A stretch of 64,000 nucleotides of DNA. Source: Carpediemonas membranifera BICM. Lineage: Eukaryota; Protista; Fornicata. A model generated the notes under the pieces. That model worked only from the letters and a program-made list of their open reading frames with translations, was not told the origin of the DNA and ran no database searches. This document shows, one piece after another, positions 21,301 through 30,980 of this stretch (within the stretch, counting starts at the first letter, position 1; every line of letters starts with the position of its first letter). Where the stretch lies: assembly GCA_019828565.1 (NCBI GenBank), contig JAHDYR010000031.1, positions 62,001 to 126,000 on the forward strand. Reading direction: 5' to 3'. The position numbers were made by a program, and so were the translations under genes.

Positions 21301-22133
21301 GGCAGGGGGCAGTGGACGGCGTCGTCCGTGCTGAACGTCATGTGCGGGTCGACCAGTTTGTCAACGAAGTCCCCCAGCTCCGTGATCGGTGTGTCTGACC
21401 TCCTCGACTCGAGAGTGACGGAGAGGTCCTCATCGGAGTACCCCAGTCGGCGGGCCTCGATAAACGTCGGGAAAAAGTTGAGCCGGTTGGCAAGAAGGGT
21501 GCCCTGGGCTAGCCAGCTGCTGCACTCGGCGTAGAACGACAGTCCGTCTTCCATGCGCTTTGCCTCTATCAGAGACGCCATGATGAGCGTGGCTGTCAGC
21601 GGGCTGCGCTCCTTCGCCAGCGCACGGCACGCCCAGTAGACTGCAATGTCGGGCATGCCGTTCAGAATGAGCCGGCAGCTGACGTCTGCGCACTCCTTGG
21701 CGCTGAGCTGCAAGGCATGGAGCTGCGAGGCGTTGCTGAATGGTCCTGCCGGCCGCTGCCTCGTTATGGCCCGGTACTCCGCGTTCAGGGCGTCAATAGA
21801 GAAGGCCCGAAAGCCCATGCACACAGGGGGGACGTTCTGGCACCAGAAGTAGCGTGCTGCATGCTGCCATGTGTTCGTCGAAATGGCGTCCTTGAGGTCA
21901 CGGCATACTAGCTCGAGACTGATCAGTGTGCTCAGTTGTAGGGACTCTGTGATCCTATTGAACAGGCTGTATGGCAAGGAGAAGAGGTAGATGTCCTGTC
22001 GTGGCGTCTTGCCTTGATCATCGCTGAGGGGGCTTTCAATCGGTATTGAGATCTCTTCTAGATGCGATGCAGGACATGTAAACGAGTGCCTTCGGGATCG
22101 CGAAGGCTCTATGACATTTCTGTGATGTTTCAT
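18354..22133 (-). CDS. Large F-box-like plus TPR-like protein
   Basis: 'LFSLPYSLFNRITESLQLSTLISLELVCRDL' is F-box-like; helical TPR-like segments follow. Confidence 0.65.
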   Translation of the reverse strand: MKHHRNVIEPSRSRRHSFTCPASHLEEISIPIESPLSDDQGKTPRQDIYLFSLPYSLFNRITESLQLSTLISLELVCRDLKDAISTNTWQHAARYFWCQNVPPVCMGFRAFSIDALNAEYRAITRQRPAGPFSNASQLHALQLSAKECADVSCRLILNGMPDIAVYWACRALAKERSPLTATLIMASLIEAKRMEDGLSFYAECSSWLAQGTLLANRLNFFPTFIEARRLGYSDEDLSVTLESRRSDTPITELGDFVDKLVDPHMTFSTDDAVHCPLPIIALLARARHLLELATTAVCAMMSDLASPTAPTLSRVTHWLGKALATCEALLAMEPGAMEAKHIVSRVLHLRGMVIDRFEGIMTSLGVTWADTHFDDAMPYGDDEGIPAPLSSTCTVSGCMHEAAHILAEALAANEHAVDVRAEYGLKLLYLGDLREAEKQLTMTLSLMQELSANGPDGELGRSASMETRVLTYGSLLLPLLTMPEVEDTLAAFGHEGHFYEVVSPVLPDTFTAHFVALALMVCQMRRGKADMAVQISQIFGQGSIKPREFSMASPVPRLLKFRHEKAPFHRPSATVDVLTDPSPKRSLTATVRRVWTTYLPDAALVSPVDRALALALRGLAMGDPSVVDPAVTLAPDSISVLMTCGELLFQTGHVGRAGHHFIKAASRLSEQARLTLPHLRAELTLLFTLGIRGVGLLCSARRDAEAALAAETILHAPYAQLLGPGPLVHLHALRVRITFPDPCALTEMVRDVTPSPTIGGSPPKDVLRLLYSVSRAALTQPPREGRPKLLFSTTILSAVWRMGEPGKRNPGWTYARDHIQLLAKLLGIREVTPTLPAEISMLEEVAASSGPDCPPRLQMAAVMGILERSDPEPCEALDILAPVLRQHVDTTSAFLRKDGLPFMPLHAWLTALSRLDHTPRVHRELAAHLAETGLRLGAMAVVLSQVELARLNLPHSLPTAHIDSLWMETTERLNTILALSLQQTGHPPLVPATRSALPAVSEVRQGRRAWGVMQALGTLRKCDRCSDELWVVLARPESYLIGLSMAGVDLINLCGTLSTVGVSSTVRYAMQAATRARVRPALPPCGADDQDVCIARKPVRNTHAPSVIRQLLRMAGEWLTEVEGLMPVLSDDARARLEHNATLLVTVVLGAATVLHSRLTMTGSDSEAAAVSRTLLSALDTGQYDRPETDTALYREYRIRLGHARGIAEGSQTMCPLIPGVRTRLDGLAATLAFCPRAIYRTEPDVPRLFVVRSRCSWF

Positions 22134-22195
22134 TGGTTGAGGTTTGCTGCCACGACACTCGAAACAGTCACGGAGTCTGGGTCCCACCACACTAT

Positions 22196-23122
22196 TTATA
22201 CGGCACCGCGGTTATAATCCTCCACAGCCAGCTTGTATTCGAGTGCGGCTGCCTCATAACCCGCAGCGGGGCCCGGCCCCAAGCCCAGTGCCGCCCGGCT
22301 GAGGGCCGACGGCCGCTTCTCCCGGTCGCGGAGACTCACGCCGCGCGGCAGCCCCAGCTTACCGACAATGACCTCGTGGGCCGTTCCAGCGGCCCAGTAG
22401 CAATGCGGCGAGGGCCGCCGTGCCTCCGTGCGGGCCAGCGGGAACTCCACGGGAGAGGTTCGGAGCTCGGGCGGGTGGACGCGGTAGGGGCCATGACGCC
22501 GCATGTCAAGGCGGGAGAGCCTGCCGAATGAGCGCTCCAGGGCGGTAGTGTCGGCAGGAAGCCCGACCGTGAGCGTGTCGAGGAAGAGGGGCGGCCCCCG
22601 CTTACCGAGCAGACCAAGATACGCCCACCGCACCAGCTTATCGCTGCAGGACATCGAGGGGGACCGCTCACCCCTGCCCGGCTTGGTCCTGAAGAGACCG
22701 ACGCCAGTACGGTCGAGGAGGGCCCCCACCACGGGCTTCGAGCCAGTCCGGTAGTCGTTGAAGCCCAGGTGCGGGGTGTCCAGGTCGAAGATGGCGCAGT
22801 CGCCGCAGGGAGGCGCGGACACGAACATGTGGAGCGTGTGGCCGGTAAGGTCGGGGGCGTCGTCGCTGGCCATGAGATGCACGAGTCCTCGGCGACACAG
22901 CACCTCTGCATGGCCATCGTGGATAGAGTAATCGTCCACGAGCTTCGCTGGCACGCTCTTCGTCCCGCATGCCATGGAAAGGACGGTGAGGCCACTATCG
23001 GGGGAGTGGGAGAGAATCGCTGAGAGAATAGTCCACTCACCATCTTTCAGCCCATAATCCTTCAGTTTCTGGGCGTTGAAATGGTCAATGGCGCACCGGG
23101 CAACATCATCTGCGTCGCACAT
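22196..23122 (-). CDS. ADAT1: tRNA-specific adenosine deaminase (ADAT1/Tad1)
   Basis: 'DGHAEVLCRR', 'PCGD', 'RTKPGRG' and 'SMSCSDKL' motifs; no dsRBD. Confidence 0.88.
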   Translation of the reverse strand: MCDADDVARCAIDHFNAQKLKDYGLKDGEWTILSAILSHSPDSGLTVLSMACGTKSVPAKLVDDYSIHDGHAEVLCRRGLVHLMASDDAPDLTGHTLHMFVSAPPCGDCAIFDLDTPHLGFNDYRTGSKPVVGALLDRTGVGLFRTKPGRGERSPSMSCSDKLVRWAYLGLLGKRGPPLFLDTLTVGLPADTTALERSFGRLSRLDMRRHGPYRVHPPELRTSPVEFPLARTEARRPSPHCYWAAGTAHEVIVGKLGLPRGVSLRDREKRPSALSRAALGLGPGPAAGYEAAALEYKLAVEDYNRGAV

Positions 23123-23427
23123 CCATCGCAGAATATCACCTCCGCGACTCCCTGGCGAGTTATGTATGGCCGGGGGTCGAGCACCACTACTGGTATCAGG
23201 AAGGTAAGGTAAGGTCCCTTCTCTTCACCAATAGTGACGGCATGAACTGCCCTGTCTGCATGGGCGGGGGCCCAGCAAAGGTACCGGGTGGTAAGTCCAT
23301 CACAAGCGTGAGCATCTTCCGCTAATACCGCATGTCTCATTCCGTGGCGTGCAGTTTAACAATTCGCAGTTTAATATTCTTCTCAATTTATGAACCCGTG
23401 TTTATGTCCTTTTTACATGGCAAGCCG

Positions 23428-24897
23428 TTAGAGGGCGTCCTGGCTGACGAAATCAAAGTCACCCACCTCGGGATACGCGATCTCCTCGACCTTTTGCGCC
23501 TCAGGTTCCCGACCGCGCTTGATGCCGCGGATGATGGGCTTCGCGAAGGGCTTGACGGACTGCCACGGGCCCGGTAGGACCTTGTTGTACATCAGGGTGC
23601 CCCACACGAGGATGAGGAAGCCGAAGACCATGAGGATGTGGAAATCCTCCCAGCCGAGGGCCATCGAAATGAGCCAGATGAAGAGGGTGCGGCACGAGTC
23701 GATCGTGGCGCGGGCACCGGCGGACATGCGCTTGGTGATTGTTATCCCAGCGACATTGAACCCCGCGATGGACAGAATGGACAAGGAGATCGAGAAGATG
23801 AGCGCGGGCGACTGCGCTATTTGGTAGAACGCCTCCAGCGCGTTCTCCAGCTGGCCGCTCTCCATGAAGGCCTTCGGCACCGGGATGAAGTAGGCGATGG
23901 GCAGGGCGAGGCCGGTCAGGATGAGGCCAGTGAAGCCCTCGAGACCGACAGCACGGAGCCCGGATACGCTGTACTTGCTGATGACGAGCTCCTCGATGAT
24001 GAACTGCATCGCGGGGAACAGCTGGGCGGCGATGACGAGGATGTTGCCGAGCATGGGGTTCTTGGCGGCCCGGTCCTCGGTGCCCTCGTCGCCCGTCTGG
24101 ATCGAGATGTACCCGACGACGAGGGTGCCAACCATGATGAGGACGACGCCGGTGAAGGCCTGTAGCGTGGGGCGGCGACGGAGGACGACTGTGCTGAGGA
24201 TGAAGGTGAAGACGACGACTGTGTGAGGGAGGCGGGGGGGGGACGAACGGAAGGCGCGGAGCATCTGGTAGACGCTGGTGTACGTAAAGACGAGCCCGAC
24301 GTACATGGTGCTGGTGCCGAGCATGTCGAAGATGGCCGGGAAGAAGAAGAAGAACGACTTCCAGAAGGGAAGGTTGGGCTTGGCCTCAGCCACCTCCTTC
24401 GTCTCGGGCTCGACGGGAAGCTCGTCACCGAGCATGTCGCCGCTATCGGTAGGCCCCACAACTTCAGGCTGCGGGGCGTCATCGCCGGCCAAGAGACCGG
24501 CATCGGCCTCCTCCTCCAAGAGGGGGGCAAATACGTCGCCCTCCTTCTTAGGGCGGAGCTTGCGCATGATGAAGCTGCCCGTGAAGGTCACGGTGTAGGC
24601 CAGGTAGCACAGGAACTCGCCCAGGAACATGGCAGCGCACTGGAACAGCGGATGCTCGAACTTGACGGGGTCGCGGTGGGGGGCGGTGGGCACCTTCTGC
24701 TCGTCCGCAAGCTTCGCGGCGATGGTGTTGGCAACACCAAAGGCGAGGAAAATAAACGCTAGGAAGAAGAGTAAGCAAATGCTAAGCGCCTTGAGGGAGA
24801 TCGTCTTGACGATCGAGTCCTGCTTCTGTTTCGAAGCAGCTATCGGTGCGCTCTCCAAGTCTAGTACGGGATCGATCGGCGAATCTTCTGTTAACAT
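23428..24897 (-). CDS. SLC35F6-like solute carrier (DMT fold) with one in-frame intron
   Basis: 'FEHPLFQCAAMFLGEFLC', 'PAIFDM', 'SVYQMLR', 'QFIIEE', 'VGLEG' and 'RATIDSCRTLFIW'. Confidence 0.88.
   Translation of the reverse strand: MLTEDSPIDPVLDLESAPIAASKQKQDSIVKTISLKALSICLLFFLAFIFLAFGVANTIAAKLADEQKVPTAPHRDPVKFEHPLFQCAAMFLGEFLCYLAYTVTFTGSFIMRKLRPKKEGDVFAPLLEEEADAGLLAGDDAPQPEVVGPTDSGDMLGDELPVEPETKEVAEAKPNLPFWKSFFFFFPAIFDMLGTSTMYVGLVFTYTSVYQMLRAFRSSPPRLPHTVVVFTFILSTVVLRRRPTLQAFTGVVLIMVGTLVVGYISIQTGDEGTEDRAAKNPMLGNILVIAAQLFPAMQFIIEELVISKYSVSGLRAVGLEGFTGLILTGLALPIAYFIPVPKAFMESGQLENALEAFYQIAQSPALIFSISLSILSIAGFNVAGITITKRMSAGARATIDSCRTLFIWLISMALGWEDFHILMVFGFLILVWGTLMYNKVLPGPWQSVKPFAKPIIRGIKRGREPEAQKVEEIAYPEVGDFDFVSQDAL
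24219..24248 (-). other. Probable in-frame, stop-free spliceosomal intron (30 nt)
   Basis: GTTCGT...CTCACACAG interrupts the conserved 'QMLRxxxVVFT' helix with RSSPPRLPHT. Confidence 0.7.
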
Positions 24898-25157
24898 CCC
24901 ACCTTGTGTCGTAGATCCGCTTCCGTTCTGCAGGAGTCGTCTCGAGTCTGTCAAATTGAGTAATTCAAACAAGTGTCACACAGGCGCTGCCGTCGACAGG
25001 ACAGCAATATAGCCACCGCTTGGGCGAGGTTTCATATTGGAAGATGGAATCAAATCTAAGGCAATCTGTTGGAATCTACCAGTACTACATCATCAACACA
25101 CCAAACACTTATCATTACTTATTTATCCAGCTTACAGATGCTGACACTTTTACACTC

Positions 25158-26564
25158 TTAGATGTGGATGCTCTTGAAGTGGGCGCCGAGGGCGGCCTCC
25201 TTGACGGCCTCCGACAAGGTGGGGTGTCCGAAGCACATGTCTGCGAGCTCGCCGATCTTCATGCCTGCGTTGATGGCGATGGCGAGCTGGTGGATCATCT
25301 CGGAGCCGTTGTCGCCCAGGATGTGGCCGCCGATGATCTGGCCCTCAGGCGTGGCGAGGACGCGGACCATGCCGACCGTGCCGTCGACCGCCTTGGCGCG
25401 GGAGTTGGCAGTGAAGGGGAACTCGCCGACCTTGTACTCGATGCCGGCCTCCTTGGCGGTCTCCTCAGTGTGGCCGACCGCGGCAAGCTCGGGGCCGGTG
25501 TAGATGATGCCGGGGATGGTGTCGTAGTTCAGGGAGGCGGCGTGGCCCGTCATCCGCTCGACGCACACGACACCCTCCTCCTCGGCCTTGTGGGCCAGCA
25601 TCGGTCCGGGGACGACGTCGCCGATGGCGTAGACGTCCTGCAAGTTGGTGCGGTAGTCGGCGTCAACGTCAATCTGGCCCCACTTGTTCATGCCCACACC
25701 GGCGTCGTCGGCACCTAGGCCGCCGGTGAAGGGGCGGCGGCCGATGGCGACGAGGCAGTAGTCGCCCTCGACGGACACCTGCTTGCCCTTCTTAGTCTTG
25801 GCAGACACGGTCACGCCGGTGCCGTCCTTGTTGTACTCGATGCCCTCGACGCCGTGGGAGAGCATGAACTTCATCCCGCCCTTGCCGAGCTGACGCTGCA
25901 GGGTCTTGGCGAGCTTGCTGTCCATTCCAGGGGCGATGCGGTCCTGGTACTCGACGACGGTCACCTTTGACCCCAGACGGGACCAGACGGACCCCATCTC
26001 GAGGCCGATGACGCCTGCCCCGATGACGATGAGGTGCTTGGGGACCTCGGACAACGAGAGCGCGCCCGTGGACGAGATGATGCGCTTCTCGTCAATCTTG
26101 GCCATGGGGAGCTGGGCTACGTCAGAGCCGGTGGCGATGATGGTCTTGCGCGCCTTGACGACGGCGGAGGAGCCATCGAGGCACTTGACGTGGATGTCAC
26201 CGCCGATCATCTTGCCCTCGCCCTTGATGTAGTTCACACCGTTCTTCTTGAACAGGCCCTCGATGCCAGAGTTCAAGGAAGCCACGGCTCCCTCCTTTTG
26301 CTTCATCATGGCATCGAGGTCGAGCTCAACACCGGTGCAAGTGACGCCATGGCCCTTCATGCTGTGCTTGGCCTCGTGGTACATGTGAGAGGAGTGGAGA
26401 AGGGCTTTTGAGGGAATGCACCCCACGTTAAGGCATGTACCGCCGAGAGTTCCACGCTTCTCGATGCAAGTGACCTTGAGACCGAGCTGAGCGGCCTTAA
26501 TGGCAGCAACATAACCTCCAGGGCCACCGCCAATGATAGCGAGATCAGTTTGAAGGGGATTCAT
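25158..26564 (-). CDS. DLD: Dihydrolipoamide dehydrogenase (E3 / glycine cleavage L protein)
   Basis: 'IGGGPGGYVAAIKAAQLG', 'GGTCLNVGCIPSK', 'GPMLAHKAEEEG' and 'HPTLSE'. Confidence 0.97.
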   Translation of the reverse strand: MNPLQTDLAIIGGGPGGYVAAIKAAQLGLKVTCIEKRGTLGGTCLNVGCIPSKALLHSSHMYHEAKHSMKGHGVTCTGVELDLDAMMKQKEGAVASLNSGIEGLFKKNGVNYIKGEGKMIGGDIHVKCLDGSSAVVKARKTIIATGSDVAQLPMAKIDEKRIISSTGALSLSEVPKHLIVIGAGVIGLEMGSVWSRLGSKVTVVEYQDRIAPGMDSKLAKTLQRQLGKGGMKFMLSHGVEGIEYNKDGTGVTVSAKTKKGKQVSVEGDYCLVAIGRRPFTGGLGADDAGVGMNKWGQIDVDADYRTNLQDVYAIGDVVPGPMLAHKAEEEGVVCVERMTGHAASLNYDTIPGIIYTGPELAAVGHTEETAKEAGIEYKVGEFPFTANSRAKAVDGTVGMVRVLATPEGQIIGGHILGDNGSEMIHQLAIAINAGMKIGELADMCFGHPTLSEAVKEAALGAHFKSIHI

Positions 26565-26693
26565 TCCTATGGGAGCGTCAAGATGCGTCTTTGCTGATCC
26601 GGACGACCGCCGAAGAAATGATTGGTTCCAAGCTCTAAAGGGTGTTTACTGATCAACATGGGCTGTGGCCCCTATGCCCTCATGGCCATGCCG

Positions 26694-29030
26694 CTACGTC
26701 TCCTTCTTCTCGGTCACCTCGGCAACCTTCTGCTTCTTCCCCAGCACCTTAGCCCGGGCCAAGCCGACGGCGTCCATGGCCGCAGGGGGCCGGACAACAA
26801 CCACAAACACGGCCCCGGCCACTAGCAGCAGCAGGATCACCAGGGAGCTGGTGAGGATGGCCATGATGTCCCGCCGGGCCGTCACAGCGACCAGCACCCA
26901 CATCCACGGCGGAATGGCGCGCTGGGCCTCCTGCTGCTTGGCCAGCGCTGTTTAAAACAGGGCGCGGCTGGCCTCGTTGACCTCTGCCCGGATGGTGAGC
27001 GCCTGCTTCTCGTTGATGAGGTCGACCAGCACTGGGCCGTGGCTCGACTCAATGTCAACTGTAGACGACAACCTCCAGCAGATGCGTCGTCAGGCCCTTG
27101 GCAGCCGCGTACCTGCCCGGGATGTCGTCGCGGGGGCGCCACACGCGGGGGCGGACTTCAGACCCGACCCGGTCGAACTCGAAGGTTGTGGCGAAGATCT
27201 CCTTCAGCTTGTCCACGAGGGACTGCGTCAGTCTGAACGCACTGGCATTGACGGCGTCGTCGCTGTTCTGGACGACGATGGCGAAGTCGTAGTCGTCCAG
27301 CTGGAGCACGCCCTCGACCACCTCCTTGGCGTCGTCCAGCAGCCGGTGCCGCAGATCGCCCAGTCGGGTCCACATGTCGTCATCCAGGGTCGCCAGCACA
27401 CCGTCGGCCTCGGCGTCGATGCGGTCCGACACCGCGTGCCCGATGCGGCGTACGATGATCTGCCCGAGCTGGGTGACGTGGGTGTGGCCGCTGGCCCGGA
27501 GCCGCTCCTCGACCGTGTCCAGCATCTGGGAGATCGCCACAGAGTATGACTCGAGCGACTCCACGTGACACTGGGCCTTGACTTCGTTGGAGTCGAGCAT
27601 CTCGGACCGCAGCTCGTTGACAACGACGGAGAACAGACGGTCGATGACCTGGTCGAGGTAGCGGGCCGCGGCGTCCAGCACCGTGAACCCGCCCGGCATG
27701 AGTTTGGACGGCGTGCAGGGGACGGCGGCCGGTGTGGTCGCCCGCACCAGCCGGACCCAGGCCCGGTCGAACGGCTCGGACACCTGAAGCACGGACGAGT
27801 CGAGGGTGATGCCGAGTCGGGCGGCGGGGTGTCCTGCTGTACTAGGGCGGCCGTCCGGGTGTGGAGGAAGCGGCGGTCGTCGGCCAGCAGCAGCTGGGTC
27901 ATCCAGTCGAGCCGCTTCGTCGACAGCAGGCCGGGCACGTCCGTCGCGGTAGCGGTGACGGTGACGGCGGTGAGGCTGAGCTGCTCGATGAGCTCCCGCC
28001 GCTTGAGCTGGTAGCAGGGACGGGAGTACCGCGAGGCCACCTCGTCGAACTCCGCCACAGCCTTGATGAACGCGGCCTTGAGATGGGCGACAACCCGGAT
28101 CACGTCGGCCCACGTCCCGGCCTCCCCGTTGCTCTCCTTAACCTGCGTGACTGTGGCCGAGTCATCAGCAATGGCGTCACAGAACTCCTGGTAGCAGCGG
28201 GCCTTGACCTGCTCGGTGCGGTATACGGCGATGATCTGCTGGGTCGATGGGAGGTCGATCTTGGTGCACAGCTCGATGAAGTACGCGCGCAGACTGTCAA
28301 TGGGGATGCCGGCCAGCTTGTGGGAGACTTCCTCGAATGCGGGCCCTGTGAACTCCTCCTGGAGGGCGAGGGCGTCTGTCTTGAACTTGTCTGGGCAGAA
28401 GACGAAGTGGGACAGTGCCTTGAAGTCCAGCAGGAAGTAGTCGTCGAACTCAGCGCTCAAGGCCCTCCGGCTTGGGGAACGAGGCCCACAGCTCGAGGAA
28501 GTCAGCTCGAAGCTTGTCCTGCATGCCTCGAGGTTGGCGATGCCGTCGTAATCCTGGATCACAACAATGATCTTCGTTCAGTTGCAGGATCACCTCGGAC
28601 AGCGCCACAGTGAAGAAGGAGTATTTCCTCTCAATGACGTCCTCGAAGTTTATCACGAAGTTTATCGTCGTTTCGCCAGCGTTAGTGGCAGCTCCGCCCC
28701 CGGCCTGTAGGCTGGCCGGCGTTTGACAGACTTGGACCGGTGCGGACCGGTACATCAAGAGGTATGTGTAAATCGTTTAAGACCGATGGATCGACCAACT
28801 CCGCCCCAAGTTCCCCGGGTCGTCGCTGTTGGCTCTGGTGGTGCTCCGGGGGTTTCGTTGGCAGTAGAGTTTGCCCCAGTCGAGACGGATCAGGTCTCCT
28901 CTGGTGTGGACTCGGTCCAGCCCGGAGCCTCCCAGCACTACTAAATGGCTTGAGTGACTCTGCTGCCTCTGTCCGGGAGTCGCTACACCTTGCCACTACC
29001 GTCAACGAGCTGGCAACGCTCGAGGTCCAT
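26694..29030 (-). pseudogene. SEY1: Disrupted Sey1/RHD3 (atlastin-like ER fusion GTPase)
   Basis: Collinear motifs spread over several frames: 'CQLVDGSG', 'TTRGTW', 'ERKYSFFTVALSEVI', 'WASFPKPEGL', 'DLPSTQQIIAVYR', 'PRVWRPRDDI' and 'IPPWMW...IMAIL'. Multiple frameshifts and an in-frame TAA near 26953. Confidence 0.8.
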
Positions 29031-29311
29031 CATGCATGATTCTTCGCAGCTTATGGCAGCTTATGGTGGCGACATGCGGACGTGCTCGAACGGTCAGTCA
29101 AGTGTTTAGTGCTGCGCTATCCTGTCTCCCTCCTTGGCACGGATGATGAATACGGATGTCTGGTCGACCGTCAGTCACCCCTGGAAGGCCGGCTGCCACT
29201 GCGGAGCAGTGCAGCGGTGAGTGCAGCCAGCCAGACGCCCTGGCTCCACGAGATTGACCGCAGATCTGAGATTTTATTTGTGTCCACATTTGTATACACC
29301 AGAATTCGCCG

Positions 29312-30931
29312 ATGCGGCCAGCCATTGGCCTCTTTTTACTCTCTATATTGTTACTCTTGAACTTCACACGGGCTGAATGGATCTGGAACACTATCGATGA
29401 CGAGTTCGCGATCGAGAGTGCCCGCACAGCACTCTCAAGGATCAAGCTCATGCTGCACGAGCAGTTTGGCGATGGCTACTCCGTGTCATCCACTGATAGC
29501 CAGGTCTGGGTGACGTATCCCGATGATTCGTCTGTCGTCTACAAGGACTGCGACCTCGGCATCGTCTGCGCCACGCCCGTCAACACCACCATCCCCGAGT
29601 TCACGCTCGGCTCGCGTACTATCGTCCCCAACTACCACGCGGACCTCAACCCGACCTGGTACGAGACAGCGAAGGTCCTTGCCCTCCGTGAGTGCACCAC
29701 TGTTCTGGACTTCATCGTCCACATGGACACTGTCTGGAGCGGCGTCACGACCCTGTTCCAGCGGGTCGGCGACGACTTCGTCCGCATCGCCTCTACCGTG
29801 CCCGTTGACTACGGCGGCGAGCTGCTTGCGGTGGGGTCTGTCATGAAGTACAACACGTCCACGGGTGCCGTCAACGACAGGGTGAAGACCCTGCTCGACG
29901 GCAAGGAGTGGAACGGCCCAATCAGCCTCTTCTCGAAGACATACTACTCCAGCTACCAGCCCATCTTCGTCGACGGCCAGGTCGTCGGCGCACTATACTT
30001 CGGGTCTACCGCTGTCATTAAGGGGGTATGCGCGCTGTGGGTAGTCTTCGGCGTCCTGCTGCTCTTCGCATGCGGACTGTGCGTCATTACCCAGTGCGTC
30101 TGCTGCAACGCTCCGCCCTTCGCCAGTGGGGGCCGCAGCATGACCCTCTACATCCTCGCGGGGTGCATCTTGTGCCTCATCAGCGCCTTCGTCGGCGTTT
30201 CATGGCCCGGCCTCCCCGCTGCCCGCTGCTGGGCCGAGACGTGGCTCTTCTACCTCGGCGAGAGCATGGCCCTGGCTGCCCTCACCGCCAAGACATTCAG
30301 GGTGTGGCGCATATTCCAGAAGGCCAAGCAGTTTAAGCAGAGCACCATCAACACGCTGTGGCTGCACGTGTTCATCATTGGCGTACTAGGCCTGCAGGCC
30401 CTCTTCATGCTCGCCTACACCATCATCGCATTCTGGCCGGCCCCGGCGACGCTATGGGTCTCCCCAGTCCGCCCCATCGCTTGCGACACGTTCCTCGACA
30501 ACATCATAACATTCCCTGCCAAGGCGGTCGTCGCGCTGCTCGTCTTGGCGTCCGGACTCCTTGCTATCAAGACCAGAACGACGAAGGCTCCGCACCTCGA
30601 GGCCGTCAAGGAGGCGGGCGACCTGGCGTACGTCCTGTCCGCCCTCGTTGTGTCGATGGTGTTCTTGTGGTGCGCAGGTTACTTCAGCCACGGCAACCTG
30701 CTCTACTCCCTCGCAAGATTCATCGAACCCGCCATGCCCGCCGTAATCATCGCGGGCGGCCTGTTCGTCCCCAAGACGTGGCGGGCCGCCGAGCTCTTCG
30801 CCCAGCAGCGCCTGGGCTGGCGTCGCCCGGCACCCCCGCCCGAGACGGTGCTGTCGGACCCCCTTGGCGTGGAGAGCGACAGCGAGACCTGTACGGCGAA
30901 CCCCATGCGGGGACTCCGGGAGGACATATAG
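29312..30931 (+). CDS. Class C (7tm_3-like) GPCR with an extracellular Cache (Cache_3/Cache_2-type) sensor domain
   Basis: Signal peptide, then Cache 'TLFQRVGDDFVRIASTV...LLDGKEWNG...LFSKTYYSSYQPI...GQVVGALYFG', then 7TM with 'CWAETW...AKTFRVWRIF', 'LAIKTR' and 'FVPK'. Confidence 0.8.
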   Translation: MRPAIGLFLLSILLLLNFTRAEWIWNTIDDEFAIESARTALSRIKLMLHEQFGDGYSVSSTDSQVWVTYPDDSSVVYKDCDLGIVCATPVNTTIPEFTLGSRTIVPNYHADLNPTWYETAKVLALRECTTVLDFIVHMDTVWSGVTTLFQRVGDDFVRIASTVPVDYGGELLAVGSVMKYNTSTGAVNDRVKTLLDGKEWNGPISLFSKTYYSSYQPIFVDGQVVGALYFGSTAVIKGVCALWVVFGVLLLFACGLCVITQCVCCNAPPFASGGRSMTLYILAGCILCLISAFVGVSWPGLPAARCWAETWLFYLGESMALAALTAKTFRVWRIFQKAKQFKQSTINTLWLHVFIIGVLGLQALFMLAYTIIAFWPAPATLWVSPVRPIACDTFLDNIITFPAKAVVALLVLASGLLAIKTRTTKAPHLEAVKEAGDLAYVLSALVVSMVFLWCAGYFSHGNLLYSLARFIEPAMPAVIIAGGLFVPKTWRAAELFAQQRLGWRRPAPPPETVLSDPLGVESDSETCTANPMRGLREDI

Positions 30932-30980
30932 AGGCCATACATGTATCCATATAAACCATAGCACACCGTAAACCGCGAAT

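Noticed and set aside
26940-26965. In-frame TAA in Sey1 as evidence for TAR=Gln recoding (as in hexamitid diplomonads)
   Set aside because: Conserved genes here end properly at TAA/TAG (DLD, VPS26C, DUF1015) and have no internal TAR codons. The Sey1 copy has other lesions.
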